Shown here piece by piece: positions 27,950 to 41,251 of a DNA stretch of 64,000 bases. This stretch comes from Octopus vulgaris (lineage: Eukaryota), in assembly GCA_951406725.2 (NCBI GenBank), contig OX597818.1, forward strand, positions 83,328,001 to 83,392,000, given 5' to 3'. The translations under genes were made by a program, and so were the position numbers. Below the pieces are notes generated by a model. That model searched no databases and had not been told where the DNA came from. It saw only the letters and a program-made list of their open reading frames with translations. Positions within the stretch are counted from its first letter, which is position 1; each line of letters starts with the position of its first letter.

Positions 27950-28503
27950 GAGTGAGAGAGCAGTTCATGCCATCAAAGTGACACTGGGGTAAAATATACG
28001 AAGCCCAATATACCCATCATGACTACCCGTCTGATAAAGGTAAACCAGGCACATGCATCACAACCATATGTGCGCGACATGGTGATCTCATATCAAGAGA
28101 AACAGCACATGACCTTGCAGGTGGGGCCCAGTTAGAATTTTCTTCAGGTTGAGTAGCCCATCCTGTTCAAACGGTCCCTGAATAAGGGTTGCTTAAGGAT
28201 GTTGAAAGAACCACCCATGTTTCCAGAGGTGAACTATTCAAACCCCAAAGAATCCCTCTCAACACATGGCTATGATGCTCCCCCACTACTTCTGCTCGTG
28301 ATCAGAGATGCACACATCGTCAGCCACCAAGGGACATGGTCAATTGGTTAAGGTCAAACAACTGACAAGCAAATCTGTGGTATTGAGCAGAATATTTGAT
28401 GTAGCCCATCTTTTATACCAAGACAAATATATGTACATGATAACACTTCCAATCAGTTAAGGTCAGAAACCATGAGAGCCACTGCCTGGGACTGCATCAG
28501 GGC

Positions 28504-28505
<2 letters not shown>
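27950..28505. mobile_element. ~555-bp (TAA)n-associated element, copy 2
   Basis: Same termini as copy 1, with (TAT)n on both sides. Confidence 0.9.
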
Positions 28506-28587
<82 letters not shown>

Positions 28588-28589
28588 CA

Positions 28590-28880
28590 TATAGGACTGA
28601 CTTAACTCCTCCAGAAGATATAGAGAAATAATTAGAAGAGCACCATAGTTAACATGTGAAATTGGTTGAATGATATTTTGGCATCTAGCGTGCCTCAGTC
28701 CTATATAATCTTTAAAAAAAAAGTAAAAAAATAAGTAGACTGACATGTAATTTTTGAAGCTGTGGAAGGCAGGCTCGATGCTGAAATGTCTTTCAACCAA
28801 TTTCACATGTTAACTATGGCACTCTTGTATTTTGTTTCTCTGTAACTTCTGGAGGACTTACATCAGTCCTATATAATCTT
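28590..28880. mobile_element. Foldback of ~105-bp inverted repeats with a hammerhead-like motif (inverted Penelope pLTR-like)
   Basis: 28590-28695 is the reverse complement of 28767-28873. The motif TTGAAG-CTGTGGAA-GGCA..TGCT-GAAA-TGTC-TTTCAA lies at 28754-28796. Confidence 0.6.
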
Positions 28881-28934
28881 AATAATCCTATATAATCTTA
28901 ATCTTAATCTTAATATGTTATTATCATCATCATC

Positions 28935-29033
<99 letters not shown>

Positions 29034-29043
29034 CATCATCATT

Positions 29044-29094
<51 letters not shown>

Positions 29095-29107
29095 GTTATT
29101 ATTATTA

Positions 29108-29322
29108 AAGCGACGAACTGGCAGAATCATTAGCACGCCGGGTGAAATGCTTAGAAGTATTTTATCTGCCGCAACGTTCTGAGATAAAATTCCGCTGATG
29201 TCGACTTTGCCTTTAACCTTTCGGGGTCGATAAAATGAGTACCAGTAAAACATTGGAGTCGACGTATTCGACTAGTCTTCTCCCCCACCAAATTTCAGGC
29301 TTTGTACCTATAGTAGAAAGGA
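29108..29322 (+). mobile_element. SINE family B monomer
   Basis: Head directly after (ATT)n, then body and tail type 2. Confidence 0.85.
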
Positions 29323-29324
29323 CG

Positions 29325-29600
29325 AAATTGAAAGTGGAGAGGGAAGTGCTCCCTCAAGTGAGTTTATTGAAAGGTAGGTAAAAGTTGGGAAAATAGCAAT
29401 AGGGGATGGTACCTCTCTAAGTGTAGACCTGTGAATCGGTGAGAAGGAATTAGAGAGGGCAGTTAATCTTGGTGTTTAGGGAAATCTCCGTGACTGGGGT
29501 TCCTCGATTATTCCTAGTGGTCATCCCGTATCAGGAGGAATACATCTATATTATCCTTCCTCTATTTTCTTTTTTCTCTTTTTTATATATCTTTGTAAAC
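29325..29600 (+). mobile_element. Tx1/L1-like 3' fragment ending at (TA)n
   Basis: KLKVEREVL..SEFIER*VKVGKIA parallels the other Tx1-like C-termini in the window. Confidence 0.45.
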
Positions 29601-29614
29601 TATATATATATATA

Positions 29615-30010
29615 TAAAAAATACAAAATGGGACAAGAACGTAAAACATCTAGATAGACGATACAAAAACACGGACGGGTCATTCGAAGCCTTTAATCTT
29701 CAGTCAAGAACCGGATCATCCTCGCAATTTCGGCTGGTTAATCTTGAGATTGGTCCAATCTTGCCAGCCCCAAGGAAAAACTAAGCTAAGAGCATTAGAT
29801 TCCTTGGAAAAAGGATCGACTGTATATGAAACAAGGACGGAAAAACGGACGATGTTACACGAATATAAATACAAAAATAATACAAAAAAAACAATAATAA
29901 TAATAATAACAGGACATAACAGGCGTCTTTCGACTTGAGACGAATTGGATTCAGCTGACGTGTAGGAAATTAAGCCTTACGGCAGAGGAAAAGATCGATA
30001 TGAACGTGAC
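29615..30010 (-). repeat. Unclassified repeat, possibly Penelope pLTR-related
   Basis: Homologous to 1560-1730. The minus strand has a GGCTGG...CCAGCC-GAAA stem but no full hammerhead core. Confidence 0.4.
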
Positions 30011-30147
30011 CGTGCTCCCTGTCCATTGTTTACAGTATATATTTACCTTCATTTTTTTTTGTTATCATTTCATTATATGTGAACGCTTTATGTTTGTTTT
30101 ATATTGTTTCCCTCATCCTAGTCAAGGTGGCAAATCAATGAAGTCAA

Positions 30148-30223
<76 letters not shown>

Positions 30224-30247
30224 GTTGTTGTTGTTGTTGTTGTTATT

Positions 30248-30278
<31 letters not shown>

Positions 30279-30313
30279 TTATTGTTGTCATCATCATCAT
30301 TATTATTATTATT

Positions 30314-30868
30314 GAGTGAGAGACCAGGGCATGCCATCAAAGTGACACTGGGGTAAAATATACGAAGCCCAGTATACCTATCATGACTACCCGTCTGATA
30401 AGGGTACACTAGGCACATGCATCACAACCATATATGCGCAACATAGTAATCTTTATATCAAGATAAACAGCACATGACCTTGCATGTGGGGCCCAGTTAG
30501 AATTTTCTTCTGCTCGAGTACCCAATCCCGTTCAAAAGGTCCCTGAATAAGGGTTGTTTAATGATGTTGAACGAAATACCCATGTTTCCAGAGTTGAATT
30601 ATTCAAACCCCAAAGTTTCCCTCTCAACACATGTATATGATTCTCCCCCACTACGTCCGCTCGTGTTCAGAGATGCACAAATCGTCAGCCACTGAGGGAT
30701 ATGCTCAACTGGTTATGGTCAAACAACTGACAATCAAATATGTGGTATTGAGCAGAATATTTGCTGTAGCCCATCTTGTATACCAAGAAAAAGAAATGTA
30801 CATGATAACTATTCCAATCATTTGAGATCAGAAGCCACGAGAGCCACTGCCTGGTATTACATCAGGGC

Positions 30869-30870
<2 letters not shown>
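30314..30870. mobile_element. ~555-bp (TAA)n-associated element, copy 3
   Basis: Same termini, with (TAT)n flanks. Confidence 0.9.
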
Positions 30871-30928
<58 letters not shown>

Positions 30929-30999
30929 CATCATTATTATTATTATTATCATTATTATCATCATCATCATAATTATTTCTATTATTCTATAAGGCGTCT

Positions 31000-31230
31000 T
31001 GGCGGTGGTAGTGGCGGTGGCAGTGGTGGTTGTGGTGGTTGTGGTGGTGGTGTTTGTGGTGGTGGTTGTGGTGGTGGTGGTAGTGGTAGTGGTGGTGGTG
31101 GTGGTGGTGGTGGTGTTGGTGCTGGTGGTTTTGGTGGTGGCCGTGGTGGTAATGATTGTCGGACTGGCGGCGCTGGTGGTAATAGACGTAGTAGTGGTGA
31201 CGGTACTGGTGCAGGTGCTGGTAATGTTTC
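31000..31230. repeat. (GTG)n-rich tract
   Basis: Direct repeat; gives the poly-T and poly-V ORFs. Confidence 0.9.
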
Positions 31231-31537
31231 GCCTTCTTATAGTGTTTTGTCTGCTAATGCCATTGATCGTATGGGTGGTAAAAGTGAGAGTGGAGAGGAT
31301 CTTAGCAGAATGAAATGTTGTTAATGGTTGCTGTGCTGATTTAAGTGCTGCTCCGTCTGGGCCCATTGGCGTTTCGCTAAACACGTAATGTCTTGTATTT
31401 CGCTTGTATTTAGTTACAATTTCGGTGTAACATGATTTCAGCGGGGTTTAGCTGTAGATGAGTCTGCGTGGGAAGAAGGTGCTATAAAGGTGTATGTGTA
31501 TATATATATATATACACCAATACATATATATATACAC

Positions 31538-31569
<32 letters not shown>

Positions 31570-31642
31570 TTATATGTGTGTGTTTGTGCATGTATATATA
31601 TATATATAGATATACACACACATATATATATATATATGTATG

Positions 31643-31680
<38 letters not shown>

Positions 31681-32317
31681 GTGTATGTGTGTGCGCGTGT
31701 ATGTGTATGTATATATATAATGGTGTGTGTATGTGTGTACGTATACATATGTGTGTGTATGTGTATATGCATATATATATGTGCGTGTGTGTGTATACTG
31801 ATAAAGAGAGAGAGAAAGAAAGAGAGAAGCAGGAAGAGAAAGAATGAGAGAAATAGACCAGAACATAAAGATATACACACGAACAATTTGATACAAAGGT
31901 GTGAGTGGGTAGGAGACGGGAAAACAGACAATTGTGGAAAAATATATGAAAAATATCAAAACGATAGAAAATTTCGACAACGATGACGACGACGCCGACG
32001 ATAGAAATGCTTGTAGTGGTTATGTTGACAGAGTTGTAAGTGTTCTTGCAGTTTAACCACACGTCAAGCATAATTTAAGAGATATAAGATCAAAATACTA
32101 CACATCCGCCATACGTGAATATTGTAGAAAATAAAAGAAAGAAGCACTCGATTTGCAACATCCACGTAATTTCGAGTTAAATTTCATTACCCGATACGTT
32201 GGGCAAGTGTATTCTACTACAGACTCAGACCGACCAAAGCTGTATAAGTGAACTTGCGACGGAAACTGTGTGAAGGCCCATCGTAACTGTGTTTATATAT
32301 GTGGTTGTATAGATGTG

Positions 32318-32624
32318 TGTTGTTTGTTCCCTCTCGAGCCACGCCTGGCTCAGAAGGGCCGGTTTCCCGGTTTCCTTGGCGTATAGATTCCTCACCTGGA
32401 CGGGACGCCGGTCCGTCGCAGGTGAGCTGCAAGATGCAGGAGGAAAGAGTGAGATAAAGATGTGGCGAAAGAGTCAGCAGAAGTTCGGCATTACCTTCTG
32501 CCGGAGCCGCACGGAGCTTAGGTGTTTCGCTCATAAACATACACATCACCCGGTCTGAGATTCGATCCCGCGATCCTTCGACCGCGAGTCCGCTGCTTTA
32601 ACTACTAGGCCCTGTGCCTCCACA
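32318..32624 (-). mobile_element. tRNA-derived SINE family C (V-domain-like 3' part)
   Basis: Head GGAGGCACAGGGCCTAGTAGTTAAAGC...GATCGAATC, then CTGCGACGGACCGGCGTCCCGTCCAGG. Probable TSD AGATGTGTGT/AGATGTATGT. Inserted in a family A SINE (32140-32310). Confidence 0.85.
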
Positions 32625-32639
32625 GATGTATGTGCATAT

Positions 32640-33590
32640 ATAGATGCACGTCCACAGCAACTAGTGCGTGAATATATAAACATATGGACTGAAATACCTC
32701 TTTACGAAGACTGCAATCCTGCGAGTAAAATTCTAATCTCATATTAATCACATATGCATCCATATATCTATACAAATCCTCTCTATATGTGTACGTTTCT
32801 CTTTCTACTCGGTCTCTCACTTATTCATCAATATTAGTTATGTATACGAAAGAAACATCAACACAGGTCCATGAGCGGTGTTCTGTTCAAAAGTAAATGC
32901 TGTAAAGACAGATCACATAACAAAACCAAAAGAAATAAAGCTATGGACTGATTACCATGAATACCATGATATGTTTGATTTATTAATTATACATACTACT
33001 ATACAACACTCCTCTAAAAACATACAAGAATAAACTCATGTAGTAAATAGAATAGCAAACAGCATGGTCATATGACAGCGTGGTCGTATGGCTGCAGTCA
33101 AATGACTAAAACGAATAAAAGAATATAAAAATAGCTTCTCTCAGATGTGACGTCACGGCAACAAGTGCTTAAAAATGTAAACCCATGGACTGCAAAACCA
33201 CTTTACGAACAGACGTGAGTAAATTTTTTAATCACATATTAATCACGTATGAATCCATTCATAATTAAACACAGCCTCTATTTATATATGCACACTGCTG
33301 GTTCTTCTCGTTTATACATCAATAAAAATTATAAATACGCTTATACATCAATAAAAGTTGTAAATACGAAAGAAACATAAATACATGTCCATGATGTGGC
33401 TCTCTTTCAAAACGTAAACACTGCAAAGACGGATCCCATAACAAAATTAACCCCCACCAAAAATTTTAAAAAAAACAATAAAAGAAAGATGGACAGATAG
33501 CCATGAATACTATGAAATGGTTGATTTATGATTTACACACACACTACTATGCAACACTCCTATAAAACATACAGGAATATACTCAAACAA
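32640..33590. repeat. Old tandem duplication, period ~500-550 bp
   Basis: 32720-33040 aligns with 33215-33586 (TATTAATCAC, ACGAAAGAAACAT, CCATGAATAC, CAACACTCCT). Confidence 0.7.
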
Positions 33591-33929
33591 AGCCCACAGC
33601 ATGTGTCATAAAAATCTGATACCCAACAGAACACAACCCGCACTGCACAAATAACCTACTAAGCAAAAATTACAACAAAAGACTCAAAACAAACACCGTA
33701 ATAAAATATACTGATGCAATACAATATTTCCCACAGAAAAGAAAGTAGCACTCACCTCACCAACACAAAAGGACAGCGAGTGATGCAATAGAAAATTTCT
33801 TGAAACTATCAAATGTCGAAAAATACTAGTGGCGATGATGAAGGTGACTAAAGTTACCTTACCTCAGTTTATGAGAGAAAAGTGTTTGCCAAGAAACTCT
33901 AATGGTAACAGCGAAAATAATGATGGACC

Positions 33930-35255
33930 TTTAAGAGAAGGCCTCTTGCTCGTCCGTGGTTCAGTAAAGATACAGATTTGACCACAGCTGTTATCCTAAG
34001 TCAGCATCAGCAGATAATAGAGGAAGGTGAAGGAAGTGGACCAGTGAAGAAAACAGTGCTACTTAGAAAGTGAACCTAAAAGAAGGGGCTACAGAAAACG
34101 GATGTTAACGCTTCGGGTAGAAAAGGGTATGCTTAAAATGACTGAGCAGAGACTAGTAGATTATGGTAATGCTACTAAGAGAAGACAGTACATGACAGAA
34201 TTGGAGGTGAAAGAGATCACAAGAGAACTGGAAAAGAAAGACCAGGTAGTAGGAAAGACAAACAACAACTCAAGAGATACAGCTCAATTCCAAGAGGAAC
34301 CTAAATGTAGCGCTACCAATAAGTAAGGGACGACTGGCAACAACGATTTAAGTGATTTAAGTGAGGAAGATCAGATTTTAAATGAACTGCAGGAAGTAAT
34401 GAGTAAAGTAAGGAAAAGATTGCTAGCTTTAAAAGGTAGAAACTGCTAGATATGACTAGGGAAGTAGATTCTGCTATCAGTATGATAGATACTAAAAATA
34501 GAGGAGACACTAACTTATTGATCTATGCAGGAGGAGGAGTAGTGACTAGAAGATTAGATATTCCACAAGGAAAAATTAGAAAGGAGAAAATGTGAAAAAG
34601 AGATTTCAAAATAAAGTGAAGTCCTTAAGAAAAGATCCCATTAGAAGCCTGGAAAGTGAACAAGTTAGGACAAAAAACAAAAAAAAGTGTTACTCATATA
34701 GAAATTGAATGTAGCTTGCCTGCACATAGAGCATAGAAGAAAAGACATCACTACCTAGAGAGGGTAATCTTTTGGAAGTTATGTAGGAAGCTGGGATTTG
34801 ACAATAAATGGTATGAACAAGAACATAGTAAAGTACTAGAAAGTAAGAAATATCAGATGTTGTGGGAATTTAACATTCAAACTGACAGAGTAATAGAAGA
34901 TACAAGACCTGATCCTGATTTAACACTAGTAGACAAGGAATAGAAACTGCCAGGTAATTGACTTTACAGTTCCAAATGATAAATAAATCAATGAGAAGTA
35001 TAAAAAAAATAGCAAAGTACCGGGTCCTTGCCACTGAATTACGGAGACTACGGAATGTGCGGGTAGAATATATCCTAGTAAGGTGCATTACGAACTACCC
35101 CAAAAGATTTAAACAGATGGATAGTTTAGTAGATCTTCATAAAACTGCGTTATTAAGTACAGCTAAGATATTTAGGAGGGTTCTTTGCAGGTAAATTTAC
35201 TTGTAGTGGCCCGATTTCATGCATTTTCTTTTCCAACAGATGAATCTGTTCTGTG

Positions 35256-35257
<2 letters not shown>
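33930..35257 (+). mobile_element. Old, internally deleted R4/Dong-type LINE
   Basis: N-terminal remnants (DTNLLIYAGG) joined to RLE-domain remnants (WKLCRK..KWYE..MLWEFNIQTDRVIEDTRPDL..KY..LATE..KTALLSTAKIFRRVL). The RT region is missing. Ends in (TAA)n. Confidence 0.75.
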
Positions 35258-35308
<51 letters not shown>

Positions 35309-35347
35309 TGATGATGATGATGAGGATAATAATAATAATAATAAAAT

Positions 35348-35388
<41 letters not shown>

Positions 35389-35390
<2 letters not shown>

Positions 35391-35943
35391 GCCCTGATGC
35401 AGTACCAGACAGTGGCTTTCATGGCTTCTGATCTTAACTGATTAGAAGTGTTATCATGTACATTGTTTTGTCTTGGTATAAAAGATGGGCTACAGCAAAT
35501 ATTCTGCTCAGTACCACAAATTTGCTTGTCAGTTGTTTGACTTTAACCAGTTGAGCATGTCCCTTAGTGGATGACGATATGTGCATCTCTGATCACGAGC
35601 AGAATTAGTGGGTGAGCAGCATAAACATATATTTAAAGGAATTCTTTGGGGTTTAGATAATTCACCTTTGGAAACATGGGTGTTTTGCTCAAAATCCTTA
35701 AACAACCCTTATTCAGGGACCATTTGAGCGGGATGGGCTACTCGAATACCCCCCCCCAAATCTAACTGGACCTAACCTGCAAGGTCATGCGCTATTTTTC
35801 TTAATATGAAATAACCATATTGCGCACGTTGTGATGCATGTGCCTGGTGTACCTTTATCAGACGAGTAGTCATGATGGGTATACTGGGTTTCGTATATTT
35901 GTACTCCAATATCACTTTGATGGCATGCACTGAGCTCTCACTC
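35389..35943. mobile_element. ~555-bp (TAA)n-associated element, copy 4 (inverted relative to copies 1-3)
   Basis: ATGCCCTGATGCAG...CTCTCACTC, within (AAT)n. Confidence 0.9.
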
Positions 35944-35947
35944 AATC

Positions 35948-35991
<44 letters not shown>

Positions 35992-36623
35992 TAATAATAA
36001 TATGTACAAGGACAGAAATATTTGGGGAGGTAGCTTCTCGATTACATAGGCCCTCAGCGGTAGCGGTCAACTTTTACTCATTTCACGGACCCCGAAAAAA
36101 TGAGTGGTAAAGGTGATTATGGTAGCATTTGAACTCAGAACGTAAAACTGAAACATATGATGCTAAGCATTGTGTCCGACGTGGCTCTTTCAGCTCGCTG
36201 ATGACGATGTCGATTATGACGACGACGACGACGATGACGACGATGATGATGATGATGATGATGATGATGACGACGAAGACGTCGATCATGATAACAACCA
36301 TGATGACGATTATGAAGTTAAGGTCAAGGAGGACATTTTTTAAACATTTGCTTGCAGAGTCAATTCAAATCTTGGAAGAGTGCCATTACAAGCTTTAGGC
36401 GAATAGGGAGACAGATCATACTTTTCCGTTGTTCGTAATCGTTTAGTGATATTATCATGCCGTCGCGGTCGCCTCTGCTGCTACCGCTGTAGTTTCTTGT
36501 GTTGAGGATGATAATGATTTGTGAAAAAGTTTTCTTTTTTCCTCGCTGTAATTTCCAGTTCGTATTTTATAGTTTCCTTACATTTAAAGTCTTCTATCTT
36601 TTATTCACAATTTTGTTAAACTT

Positions 36624-37035
36624 AGGCGAGCTGGCAGAAACGTTAGCGCGCCGGGCGAAATGCGTAGCCGTATTTCGTCTGCCGTTACGCTCTGAGTTCA
36701 AATTTCGCCGGGGTCCACTTCGCCTTTCATCCTTTCGGAGTCGATTAAATAAGTACCAGTTACGCACTGGGGTAGATATAATCGACTTAATCCGTTTGTC
36801 TGTCCTTGTTTGTCCTCTCTGTGTTTAGCCCCTTGTGGATAGTAAAGAAATAGGTATTTCGTCTGCTGTTATGTTCGGAGTTCAAATTCCGCCGAGCTCG
36901 ACTTTGCCTTTCATCCTTTCGGTATCGATTAAATAAGTACCAGTTACGCACTGGTGTCGATATAATCGACTTCATCTGTTTATCTGTCCTTGTTTGTCCT
37001 CTCTGTGTTTAGCCCCTTGTGGGTAGTAAAGAAGA
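36624..37035 (+). mobile_element. SINE family B tandem, two tail type 1 units
   Basis: ~180-bp unit repeated from GGTATTTCGTC. Confidence 0.9.
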
Positions 37036-37784
37036 AACGATCTTCTCGTACTTCTTCCTAAATAATTTTCTAGTCTTTCTGTTGCTGTTTTTTTTATCAG
37101 TTTTCTATTTTTGTCGGCACTTTCCTTCTGGGTGTGTTGCAGGCATTTTCTATTTATATTATTAATAGTTAGTGGCTTCGTTACTGCACTGGACAAAATA
37201 TTTTGCTGCATTTTGGGCGGTTTATTATCTGAGTTCAAATTCAAATGAGGTCATCTTTGCCTTTCCTCCTTTCGATGTCGATGAATTCATTTGTATTTGA
37301 ACACAAGGGATGACATAATAGACTGTCCTCTTCCCCAGAAAATTTCAGACCTGGTGCCTATAACGGAAATGATTACTATTATTTTCTGACTGTATTCCGC
37401 AGCTAAGTGTGTTAAGCATATTTACGTCTATTATTTCTAGTGTTGATTTTAGAATTTAATACAAGTCTAGACCTGCTATAATTCATTTTCTAATTGTCTC
37501 TTTCTTCTTTGTCAGTTGTATCTTACCAATTTCTCTTGCTCTTAAGTATTTGCAAAGGTTGTGTCGTCGTAATTCTTTAATTCCCGTTTCTATCTAATTC
37601 AATATTCTAAAATTCCTGTTAATTTTCTAAATCTAACAATAGCTATTCCACGCCATTCTAATCCCAACAGTCTTTTATATGTCTTGTTTGAAATGATGAA
37701 TAAGTATATGTACGTTTTCCAACTGGGTGTCCTCGTAAATATTTCGCATCATGCATACAATGATGATTTATAGCATAGGGTCGT

Positions 37785-38348
37785 TGAGGCGCGTTGCTTA
37801 GTGGTTAGGGTATTCGACACATGAATCTAAGGTTGTGGGCTCAATTCTCGGTGATGCGTTGTATCTTTGAGCAAGATACTTTATTTCACGTTGCTCCAGT
37901 CACCCCAGCGAGCAAAAATGAGTCGTACTTGTAAATCCAACGGACAGTCTTATCACGCTCTGTCTCACGCAGAGAACTACGTTAAGAGTCCACGTCTCTG
38001 TGCAATGCTCAACAATTTGCATGGCACTATCCGGTACTCCGTCGGCTACGACAATGAGGGTTCCAGTTAATCCGATTAACGGAAAAAACCTGCTCGTGCG
38101 ATTAACGTACAAGTGGCTGAGTACTACACGGACAAGCGTATACTTCACGTAGTTCAGAGTGAGATTCTGCGTGACATGGAATGTGACAAGGCTGTCCGTT
38201 TGAATTACAAGTACTACTCATTCATGCCAGCTGAGTGGCCTGGAGCAACATGTAATGAAGCATCTTGCTCAACGCGCCGACGAGTATCAAGCTCACGACC
38301 TTTCGATCGTGAGCCGAATACGCTATGCATTAAAGCATGCGCCTTCAC
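37785..38348. mobile_element. Two CORE-type SINEs tail-to-tail (37785-38020 plus; 38020-38348 minus)
   Basis: tRNA-like heads at both ends and CORE-like TTGAGCAAGATACTTTATTTCACGTTGCTCCAG on opposite strands. Confidence 0.75.
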
Positions 38349-38509
38349 TCATAAAATATTTTCTATATGAAGGCAGCCATACCACCTGCTTAAAATCGCT
38401 GCACTACACCAACGGCCACGTATGAATATGGGAGAGCTTTTGGACACCACTCTCTATGTAGTCAATAGCTATCCATATTTTCGTGTGACAATATTGCAAT
38501 CGAGTCTAA

Positions 38510-39645
38510 GCGGCGAGCTGGCAGAGTCGTTAGCACGCCGGGCGAAATGCTTAGCGGTATTTCGTCGGTCGCTACGTTCTGAGTTCTTATTCCGCCGAGG
38601 TTGACTTTGCCTTTCATCCTTTCGGTGTCGATTAAATAAGAAACAGTTACGCACTGGGGTTGATGTAATCGACTTAAACCGTTTGTCTGTCCTTCATTGT
38701 TCTCTCTGTGTTTAGCCCCTTGTGGGTAGTAAAAACGTAGGTATTTCGTCTGCCGCTACGTTGTGTTCAAATTCCGCCGAAGTCGACTTTGCCTTTCATC
38801 ATTTTGGGGTCGATTAAATAAGTACCAGTTACGCACTGGGGTCGATATAATTGACTTAATCCGTTTGTCCGTCCTTGTTTGTCCTCTCTGTGTTTAGCCC
38901 CTTGTGCGTAGTAAAGAAATAGGTATTTCGTCCGTCTTTAAAGGCGACGAGCTGGCAGAATCGTTAGCACACCGGGTGAAATGCTTAGCGGTATTTCGTC
39001 TGCCGTTAAGTTCTGAGTGCAAATTTCGCAGAGATCGACTTTGCCTTTCATCATTTCGGGGCCGATAAATTAAGTACCAGTTACGCAATTGGGTCGATAT
39101 AATCGACTTAATCCTACTGTCTGTCCTTGTTTGTCCCCTCTGTTTTTGGCCGTCTGTGGGTAGTAAAGAAATAGGTATTTCTGAGTTCAAATTCCGCCAC
39201 GGTCGAATTTGCCCCTCATCCTTTCGGGATCGATAAATTAAGTACCAGTTGTGTACTGGGGTCGATGTAATCGACTGGCTCCCTTCCCCAAACATTTTGG
39301 GCCTTGTGTGCCTATAATAGAAAGGATAAATTTAGTACCAGTTGCTTACTGGGGTCGATGTAATCGACTATCCCCCTCCCCAAAACTTTCGGGCCTTTTG
39401 CCTAAAGTAGAAAAGAATAGTGTCAGCGGCGAACTGGTTGAAACGTTAGCACGCCTGCCGAAATGCTAAGCGTTATTTCGTCTGTCTTTACGTCGTTAGT
39501 TCAAATTCCACCGAGGTCGACTTTGCCTTTCATTCTTTCGGAGTCGATGAATTAAGTACCAATTGCGTACTGAGGGGAGGGCCTATCTAATCGACTGACC
39601 CCCTCCCCAAAACTTCGGGCTTTGTGCCTAAACTACAAAGGAATA
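38510..39645 (+). mobile_element. Long tandem array of SINE family B
   Basis: Five to six units with mixed tail types, joined at GGTATTTC or at new heads. Confidence 0.9.
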
Positions 39646-40559
39646 TTTCAATAGTGTCCGAGTCAAGAATAATATTAGTAGGTTATACTGTCTCTTTAAA
39701 AAATTCCCTCTCATCTTTATTTAATTATATTTTCTTCAATTTTGGCTTCCTCTTTTGTCATGGCATCATTGCAGTATTTTGTTAGAATTGAAAATATTTT
39801 ATTTATAATGAATGTCTGCAATGACTAAGTGTGCTAGTTTATCTAATGCTTTCATGCGATCAATCTAGGCCATGCTAAACATTTTAATTAGTTCTTCTCA
39901 CCTGTTGTTCTTTAGAACTATACATCTATTTCCAGCGCTTTTCTCCTCCTCTTTAAATCCATTGCCCAGCTTTTGTAGAATATGGATACAAATAGGGCAA
40001 AATACACGTGGAATTTTTTCCGGAAGTTTTGCCTTTCATTATTTCTGCATCGATAATAGAATACTGGACATATCTACCTGAAACCAGGCTTATTTGTATT
40101 AAAGTAGCAAGGATAAATTGCATACATAATCTTCCTTTCAACTTGTCTGTAAATATGAACAGGATTACCAATGCTAGATGTTCGTTGACTTCATATCTGC
40201 TCAATTGAGACTTGATTTAAGGTCAATAACAAAAACGCGAAGAAATTGTGACATATTACATTGATGATAATAGTTATTTCCAATATAGACAAAAAATACC
40301 CGAAATTTGAGAGCGGGTAGAATATTACGTCGATTCCAGTACGAAACTTGACACCAGCGGAGGTTGAATTCAGAAGCTAAGGCCGGAAGAAATATTCCTA
40401 AGCCTTTTCCTCGTGCGCTAACGATTCTACCAGCACGCCCCCTTGTATTATTTTCGTCTCTAGGCACAAGACTGAAAGTTTTTGGTGAGGGGGCCAGTCG
40501 ATTAGCTAGTACTTAATTCATCGACTCCGAATATTTATAATTTGAAGAATGTATACCAT

Positions 40560-41038
40560 AGTTGCTGCTGTGTGGCATGGTGCAGAGACTTATTGCTAAA
40601 TATATAGTCTTCCAACCAGCCACTCTCTTCAGCCAGGGCCGCACTATCTCCTCCAGGTACTTGGTGTAGTCCTCCGTGTTGAGTCTGAGGCCGTTTGGGA
40701 AGATGAATGGAGGCATAACTAGTGAACATTCCAAATACCATGATTCTGGATGTTTGCTTTTTATCACTCTCGGTACGTGTCTTCATATTCCACTGTCCTC
40801 AGTTTGACACCCAAACACTGTGAAATCTTCATACTGGAGTTTCTGCCGCGAATGCCAACCAGTACAGTATGTAGTTTCCAAATTTCTGACCGAGAGAATT
40901 GAGTCATGGTGCTGTTCTTCTCACAAAAAGTGCCCCACTGACGCTAGTATTCTGCCTGGTCGATTAAATCACATACAAACAATGCGCTTGGGCGAAATAA
41001 AAAATATGAAATGGTGACAATTTACCCATCGACCCTAT
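40560..41038 (-). mobile_element. Tc1/mariner (maT/DD37D-like) deleted transposon
   Basis: KHP..IMVFG...MPPFIFPNGLRLNTEDYTKYLEEIVRPWLKRVAG...APCH, the region before the second catalytic D. Terminus TA-TAGGGTCGATGGGTAAATTGTCACCA abuts (TA)n. Confidence 0.75.
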
Positions 41039-41044
41039 ACATAA

Positions 41045-41091
<47 letters not shown>

Positions 41092-41098
41092 TAAATTT

Positions 41099-41137
<39 letters not shown>

Positions 41138-41145
41138 AAATTTAT

Positions 41146-41251
<106 letters not shown>

